NCBI GenBank assembly: GCA_001769195.1
Contig: MEOK01000001.1
Span: 169,853-233,852, forward strand
Length of the DNA: 64,000 nt
Reading direction: 5' to 3'
From: Bacteroidetes bacterium GWF2_40_14
GTDB taxonomy: Bacteria; Bacteroidota; Bacteroidia; Bacteroidales; UBA932
Position numbers and translations under genes: made by a program. Shown in pieces: positions 59,297 to 64,000 of the stretch; position 1 is the first letter of the stretch, and every line of letters starts with the position of its first letter. The notes below the pieces were generated by a model. The model searched no databases, was not told the DNA's origin, and saw nothing but the letters and a program-made list of their open reading frames with translations.

Positions 59297-60754
59297 TTAA
59301 CAAATATTGCACAGAGTGGCTTTCTCTCTCTTCCATGTAGTTGCGGAGAAGATTATTGCTAAGACACTGGCTGCTATAAATATCCAGAAGGTGGCATTCC
59401 ATCCCAGATTTTGATTACTTGCAACTGCTCCTATTAATACTTTTGAGAGCAGAGCATCACCAATAAGATAACCAAATAACCCTACAAATCCAGCTGCTGT
59501 TCCGGCTGCATTTTTAGGCACCAGATTAACAGCCTGAACACCAATCAAAGCGACAGGGCCATATATAAAAAAGCCGATTGAGATTAGTGAACCGTATACA
59601 ACAGCTACTCTTGTAGCTAAAAGTTCAGTTGAAAAAGTTTCAGAAACAAAAGCAGCGACAGGTGCTGCTTTCCAATATAAAATTACAGACAACAATACAA
59701 GCGCCATATAAATGACATTTGCCGGAGCACATCTGCCCTTAAACAATTTTGAAGAAATTAATCCACAAACAATTGTCCCTGGAACCCCAGCATAATTATG
59801 AAGTGAAAAAGCCATTTTACTTTGTTCACTATTCAACAAACCAGCCTCCTGACAATATGTGGGCGACCAGTCCCCTATGCCATAACGGACTAAATATACA
59901 AAAATGTTTGCCAGGGCTATGAGCCAAAGAACCTTGTTCTTGAATATGTATTTTACAAATAGTTCCGAGACAGGAATTTTGGCATCTGAAGTCATCTCCT
60001 TCTTAACAGTACAGTCATTTCTGTACTTATCGATAGCAGGCAATCCACATGCTTGAGGATTGTCTCTGAGTGCCCACCAGCAAAAAACTGCTACAATAAG
60101 CGCAACTGCAGCAGGAAATACAAAAACGGCTCTCCAACTCTGATCAACCATAGTTCCTCCTCCAATATCGACAAGAAAGAAACCGCCCATAACCACTGTG
60201 CCTACTGCTGCAAGATTACCCATCAAGCCACTTCCGAATGTATGCGATGTGTTCCATATAGACATTTTGAAACTTCGCTCATTGTGAGAGAACCAATATA
60301 CCATCACTCTTCCGCAAGGGGGCCAGCCCATACCGGAGAGCCATCCTATTACCAGCATAAAGAAAAATATTATAGCTACAGAACTGGTTGCAAAAGAGAA
60401 CAAGCCCACAGACATCATTATTGCTGACGACAGGATAAGTCCGATTACCAGAAATTTACGGGCATCGGACCTGTCGGAAAGGGCTCCCATTAAGAATTTG
60501 CTGAATGAATATGCTATTGCAATTGCAGACATGGCAATTCCCAATTCAAGCTTCGAATACCCCAAACCTCCATTTTCAACGGATTGTATCATCCCGGGAA
60601 TAGCTAAGGCAAGATTTTTTCTAACCAGGTAATATGCTGCATATCCTAAAAATGCACCTAAAAAAACCTTAAGTCTCATTTTTTTGTACTCCGATGCAAT
60701 TTTATCTTCCGGGAGTAGTGGTTTAGCGGCTGGAGGGTCTAAATATTTCAACAT
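59297..60754 (-). CDS. glpT: Glycerol-3-phosphate:Pi antiporter (OPA family MFS)
   Basis: GYAAYYLVRKN, SKFLMG, GMGWPPCGR, WNTSH and VYLVRYG.DWSPTY align with E. coli GlpT segments carrying R45, K80, H165 and R269. Confidence 0.85.
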   Translation of the reverse strand: MLKYLDPPAAKPLLPEDKIASEYKKMRLKVFLGAFLGYAAYYLVRKNLALAIPGMIQSVENGGLGYSKLELGIAMSAIAIAYSFSKFLMGALSDRSDARKFLVIGLILSSAIMMSVGLFSFATSSVAIIFFFMLVIGWLSGMGWPPCGRVMVYWFSHNERSFKMSIWNTSHTFGSGLMGNLAAVGTVVMGGFFLVDIGGGTMVDQSWRAVFVFPAAVALIVAVFCWWALRDNPQACGLPAIDKYRNDCTVKKEMTSDAKIPVSELFVKYIFKNKVLWLIALANIFVYLVRYGIGDWSPTYCQEAGLLNSEQSKMAFSLHNYAGVPGTIVCGLISSKLFKGRCAPANVIYMALVLLSVILYWKAAPVAAFVSETFSTELLATRVAVVYGSLISIGFFIYGPVALIGVQAVNLVPKNAAGTAAGFVGLFGYLIGDALLSKVLIGAVASNQNLGWNATFWIFIAASVLAIIFSATTWKREKATLCNIC

Positions 60755-60842
60755 AAATCTTATTTTATTGATGGTAAAAATAGGTTTATAAAGTTACCAT
60801 TTGATTACAAAATAATGAAAATTGAGCTAATCACAATATATA

Positions 60843-62411
60843 TTACTTAATAATGTAATTATCTGCAATGCTATTAAAACTGGCAATCTGTAAATCTATC
60901 CATTTCTGGTCATATCCGAATTCCCTGGCCATAACTTCAGCTACCTTTGGCGCAGCCTCTACTGCTGCTCTTGCATCAATATATAATAATCTTACACGAC
61001 GCGAAAGCACATCTTCTACATTTCTGGCCATCTCTTCTCGAACTGCCCAAACAACTTCTGCAACTGAATATCCATATTTTGGATGAATCTTAACCGCCAT
61101 TTCAGGGTCTTGATTAATCATCATTTCTATGGCAGCCATGTCAGAACCATAAACATACATATGATTAGACAAATCCGGATCTTGTCTGTAACCATGAATC
61201 CTGAAATTCTTTGACACACATTTTTTAGGGCTAATCAATTGCATTTTAATCGCCTTATCAACTGTATCTTCTGCCATACGCCTATATGTTGTCCATTTCC
61301 CGCCGGTTATTGTTATCAGGTTATTATCCGAAACAATTATCTTATGACTTCTTGATATCTCCTTAGTACTTTTCCCTTCTTTCTTTGGGGCTGCGAGTGG
61401 TCGCTGTCCTGCAAACAATGAAAGGATGTCTTTTCTTTCAGGTTTACGTACCATATATAGTGCGGCTGTCTTCAGTATGAATTCTATCTCTTCTTCCATT
61501 GGTACAGGTTCAAGTTCTGCATGTTCCCTAACAATATCTGTTGTTCCTACAACCACTTTTTCATGCCAAGGGACGGCAAATAAAACCCGTCCGTCAGAAG
61601 TTGCAGGTATCATCAATGCATAATCACTGTTGAGAAAAGATTTGTCAAAAACCAAGTGTACTCCCTGACTTGGTTTGACCAATCTGTGGTTTGAAGGTTC
61701 ATCCATTTGTATTATATCATCAACAAAGACGCCTGTGGCATTTATTACGGATTTTGACCTTACTGAATAAACTACCAGCGACTCTAAATCCTGAACTTTA
61801 ACACCAGAAACATTTCCATAGTCGTCGTGGATGATTCCTGTTACTTTCATATGATTTATCGGGTTTCCGTCATTCTCAGCACAGGATTGGGCAAGATTGA
61901 TTGCCAGTCGGGAGTCATCAAATTGACCGTCATGATATATAACCCCTCCCTTAAGGCCTTCAGTTTTTACTGTTGGCAAATATTTTGCAGTTTTGCTCTT
62001 ATGTATAAACAAAGACCTGCCTAAACTCAGGCCTCCCCATGATAACATGTCGTAAAGTGTCAATCCGCAAGTATACATCAAATTGTCAAAATATGTGTAA
62101 TTTGGTATTACAAATGATTGATCTTTCACAAGATGAGGTGCATTATGCTTTAAACGGCCTCTCTCTGTCAATGCTTCTCTAACTAATGCAACATCACCCT
62201 TCTGGAGGTAACGGACTCCTCCGTGTACCAGTTTTGTACTTCTGCTTGAGGTGCATTTTGCAAAGTCATCTTGTTCAAACATTGCTACTTTATATCCTCG
62301 TAATGCAGCATCCAAAGCAACACCTAATCCTGTTGCACCTCCACCAATTACAACCATATCCCAAATAGTTGTTTCATCGGCGACTCTCTTTAATAACTCT
62401 TCGCGTTTCAT
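60843..62411 (-). CDS. glpD: FAD-dependent glycerol-3-phosphate dehydrogenase/oxidase
   Basis: VIGGGATGLG, TSSRSTKLVHGGVRYL, DGQFDDSRL, GTTD and GGKWTTYRRMAE motifs. Start at MKREELL (62411), downstream of TAGATTTG. Confidence 0.93.
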   Translation of the reverse strand: MKREELLKRVADETTIWDMVVIGGGATGLGVALDAALRGYKVAMFEQDDFAKCTSSRSTKLVHGGVRYLQKGDVALVREALTERGRLKHNAPHLVKDQSFVIPNYTYFDNLMYTCGLTLYDMLSWGGLSLGRSLFIHKSKTAKYLPTVKTEGLKGGVIYHDGQFDDSRLAINLAQSCAENDGNPINHMKVTGIIHDDYGNVSGVKVQDLESLVVYSVRSKSVINATGVFVDDIIQMDEPSNHRLVKPSQGVHLVFDKSFLNSDYALMIPATSDGRVLFAVPWHEKVVVGTTDIVREHAELEPVPMEEEIEFILKTAALYMVRKPERKDILSLFAGQRPLAAPKKEGKSTKEISRSHKIIVSDNNLITITGGKWTTYRRMAEDTVDKAIKMQLISPKKCVSKNFRIHGYRQDPDLSNHMYVYGSDMAAIEMMINQDPEMAVKIHPKYGYSVAEVVWAVREEMARNVEDVLSRRVRLLYIDARAAVEAAPKVAEVMAREFGYDQKWIDLQIASFNSIADNYIIK

Positions 62412-62456
62412 TAAGCAAATTTTATGAATATATATTTCTTTTCGTAAGGCTACATA

Positions 62457-62570
62457 TTTGTATCGAAACAAATCTAAGCACTTATTTTAATATTTCAAAA
62501 TTAATTATTGATTTTTACTTTCATTTCGACATTTTTCAGACAAATAATTAAATATAGATTTCGTTACAAA
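62457..62570. promoter_or_regulatory. glpD promoter and two candidate GlpR operators
   Basis: TAGATTTG (minus strand, 62469-76); TTTCGATACAAA (minus strand, 62457-68) and TTTCGTTACAAA (plus strand, 62559-70) are 11/12 identical. Confidence 0.55.
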
Positions 62571-62664
62571 AGAAAAAAACAGCTATACTTGCGAGTTTTT
62601 GATAAAAATTTCTAATTGTAAAACAAAGTGGTATATTAGTATTCAAATTTAACTCTCAAAAGTT

Positions 62665-63462
62665 ATGGTAAAAAATCTTCAAAACTCAAATATTAACATA
62701 TTGAATGAAAGGCATGAATATATACTTGACACTCTTAGAAAGCAGAGTTCAGTTTCAGTTACATCTTTTGCCAGTCAGCTAAATGTTTCTGAAGTCACTA
62801 TAAGAAAAGACCTTAGCTATCTTGAATCTTTAAATATGCTTTATAGGGCACATGGGTGCGCAATATTGATTAATCCATACATTAATGACAGGCATATTAA
62901 CGAAAAGGAAAAAATCAACACAGAGAAGAAACGAGCAATCGGAATTAAAGCAGCCTCCTTAATTACTGACAATGATTCAATTATAATTGCTTCTGGAACC
63001 ACTATGCTCTCTCTGGCTCGTGAGATTAAAACGAATACTCATTTAACCGTTGTTACTGCGGCAGTCAATGTTGCTTCAATTTTGTCCAGAGATAAAAATA
63101 TTGATGTAATACAGCTGGGTGGAATTCTAAGAAACAGTTCAATATCTGCAGTTGGTTCATACGCAGAGATGATGATACAAGACTTTTCCTGCAGCAAACT
63201 TTTCATTGGTGTAGATGGTTTTGACACCAGCTTTGGTTTGACAACAACAAATCTGATGGAGGCAAATCTTAACAGATTGATGATGAATGCCGCACAAAAG
63301 ATAATTGTTCTGGCAGACTCTTCAAAATTCGGGTTAAGAGGATTTAGTAAGATTTGTGATATTTCAGAAATTGATCAGGTTATAACAGATGATAAAGCTC
63401 CAAAGCATTTTATAGATAAATTAAACGACATGGGAATAGAAGTTTCCATCGTTTCCGAATAG
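62665..63462 (+). CDS. DeoR/GlpR-family transcriptional regulator
   Basis: HTH motif VSEVTIRKDL and sensor domain (EKKRAIG, SGTT, FIGVDG, LADSSKFG); divergent from glpD. Confidence 0.93.
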   Translation: MVKNLQNSNINILNERHEYILDTLRKQSSVSVTSFASQLNVSEVTIRKDLSYLESLNMLYRAHGCAILINPYINDRHINEKEKINTEKKRAIGIKAASLITDNDSIIIASGTTMLSLAREIKTNTHLTVVTAAVNVASILSRDKNIDVIQLGGILRNSSISAVGSYAEMMIQDFSCSKLFIGVDGFDTSFGLTTTNLMEANLNRLMMNAAQKIIVLADSSKFGLRGFSKICDISEIDQVITDDKAPKHFIDKLNDMGIEVSIVSE

Positions 63463-63465
63463 GAG

Positions 63466-63957
63466 ATGGATAAAATATCCAATGTTCTGAATTTCCTTGA
63501 AAGTTTGTCTATACCCTACACTCTTTTCAGACATCCTTCTCTACCTACAATAGATATTGCTATGGAGTATTGGAAAGAAATAACCGGCACTCATTGTAAA
63601 AACATTTTCCTAAGGAACCATAAAGGAGATAAGCATTATCTGGTAATTTTTGAATGTCACCATGAGCTCAACATTCATGATCTTGAAAAAAGACTCAGAG
63701 AGGGCAAGTTATCTTTTGCATCTCCTCAAAGACTAGAAGCAAACCTTGGCCTATCTCCGGGATCGGTCTCTCCTTTCGGTTTGGTTAATGATACAGAGCA
63801 TAAGGTAAAGGTTTTTATAGATATTAATCTGCTTGCAAGTGAATATCTCTCTTTTCACCCAAACGACAATACTGCTACCTTGTTAATAAAAACAGACGAT
63901 TTTAAAAATTTCTTGAAAATATGCAAAAATGAATGCCATTTTCAGGAACTTTATTGA
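63466..63957 (+). CDS. Prolyl-tRNA editing protein (ProXp-ala/PrdX, YbaK superfamily)
   Basis: HCKNIFLRN, LSFAS, GSVSPFGL and FHPNDNTAT motifs. Confidence 0.88.
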   Translation: MDKISNVLNFLESLSIPYTLFRHPSLPTIDIAMEYWKEITGTHCKNIFLRNHKGDKHYLVIFECHHELNIHDLEKRLREGKLSFASPQRLEANLGLSPGSVSPFGLVNDTEHKVKVFIDINLLASEYLSFHPNDNTATLLIKTDDFKNFLKICKNECHFQELY

Positions 63958-64000
63958 AGATCATATGCATATTTAGCTGCCCTGTTTATCAAATTATTAA

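Noticed and set aside
60771-60800. ATGGTAA/TTACCAT inverted repeat between glpD and glpT
   Set aside because: It is only 7 bp, AT-rich, with a 16-nt loop and no U tract; too weak to call a terminator or operator.
62412-62471. Longer glpD start given by the ORF track
   Set aside because: It overlaps the predicted -7 element and operator; homology-like sequence starts at MKREELL (62411).
1-64000. CRISPR arrays, IS/transposases, integrases, reverse transcriptases, prophage, tRNA/rRNA
   Set aside because: I saw no spaced direct repeats, mobile-element motifs or structural-RNA signatures, and nearly all intergenic gaps are under 240 nt. A manual scan could miss weak repeats.

Overview
AT-rich (mid-30s % GC by eye), densely coding chromosomal segment of a Bacteroidota, probably Bacteroidales-like, anaerobe. 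The basis is SusC/SusD, TAnnTTTG promoter elements and many lipoproteins. Most of the window is housekeeping or metabolic: rlmB-like methylase, ABC-F, tatAC, valS, etfBA with acyl-CoA dehydrogenase, kdsC, maf, recQ, pckA, ADP-forming acyl-CoA synthetase with a 4-subunit 2-oxoacid:ferredoxin oxidoreductase, zapA-rny and malQ. I saw no mobile element, CRISPR array, rRNA or tRNA. Three features absent from the ORF track were found by hand: a rubredoxin (28446-28604), a 50-aa single-helix membrane protein (32411-32563) and a 183-nt 6S-like rod RNA between zapA and rny. The two most interesting loci follow. (1) A GlpR-controlled glpD-glpT-metallophosphoesterase-susC-susD-BACON operon (51035-63462). 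It looks like a SusCD utilisation locus for glycerophosphodiesters, such as teichoic acid or phospholipid head groups, rather than for a sugar polymer, and it carries twin candidate operators. (2) A deaminase-PNP-aldolase-mtnA operon (23097-28340) that looks like a deaminating variant of the DHAP-shunt salvage of 5'-deoxyadenosine/MTA, divergent from a rubredoxin and a B12 radical SAM gene. All functional calls come from motif recognition only; no database searches were run.
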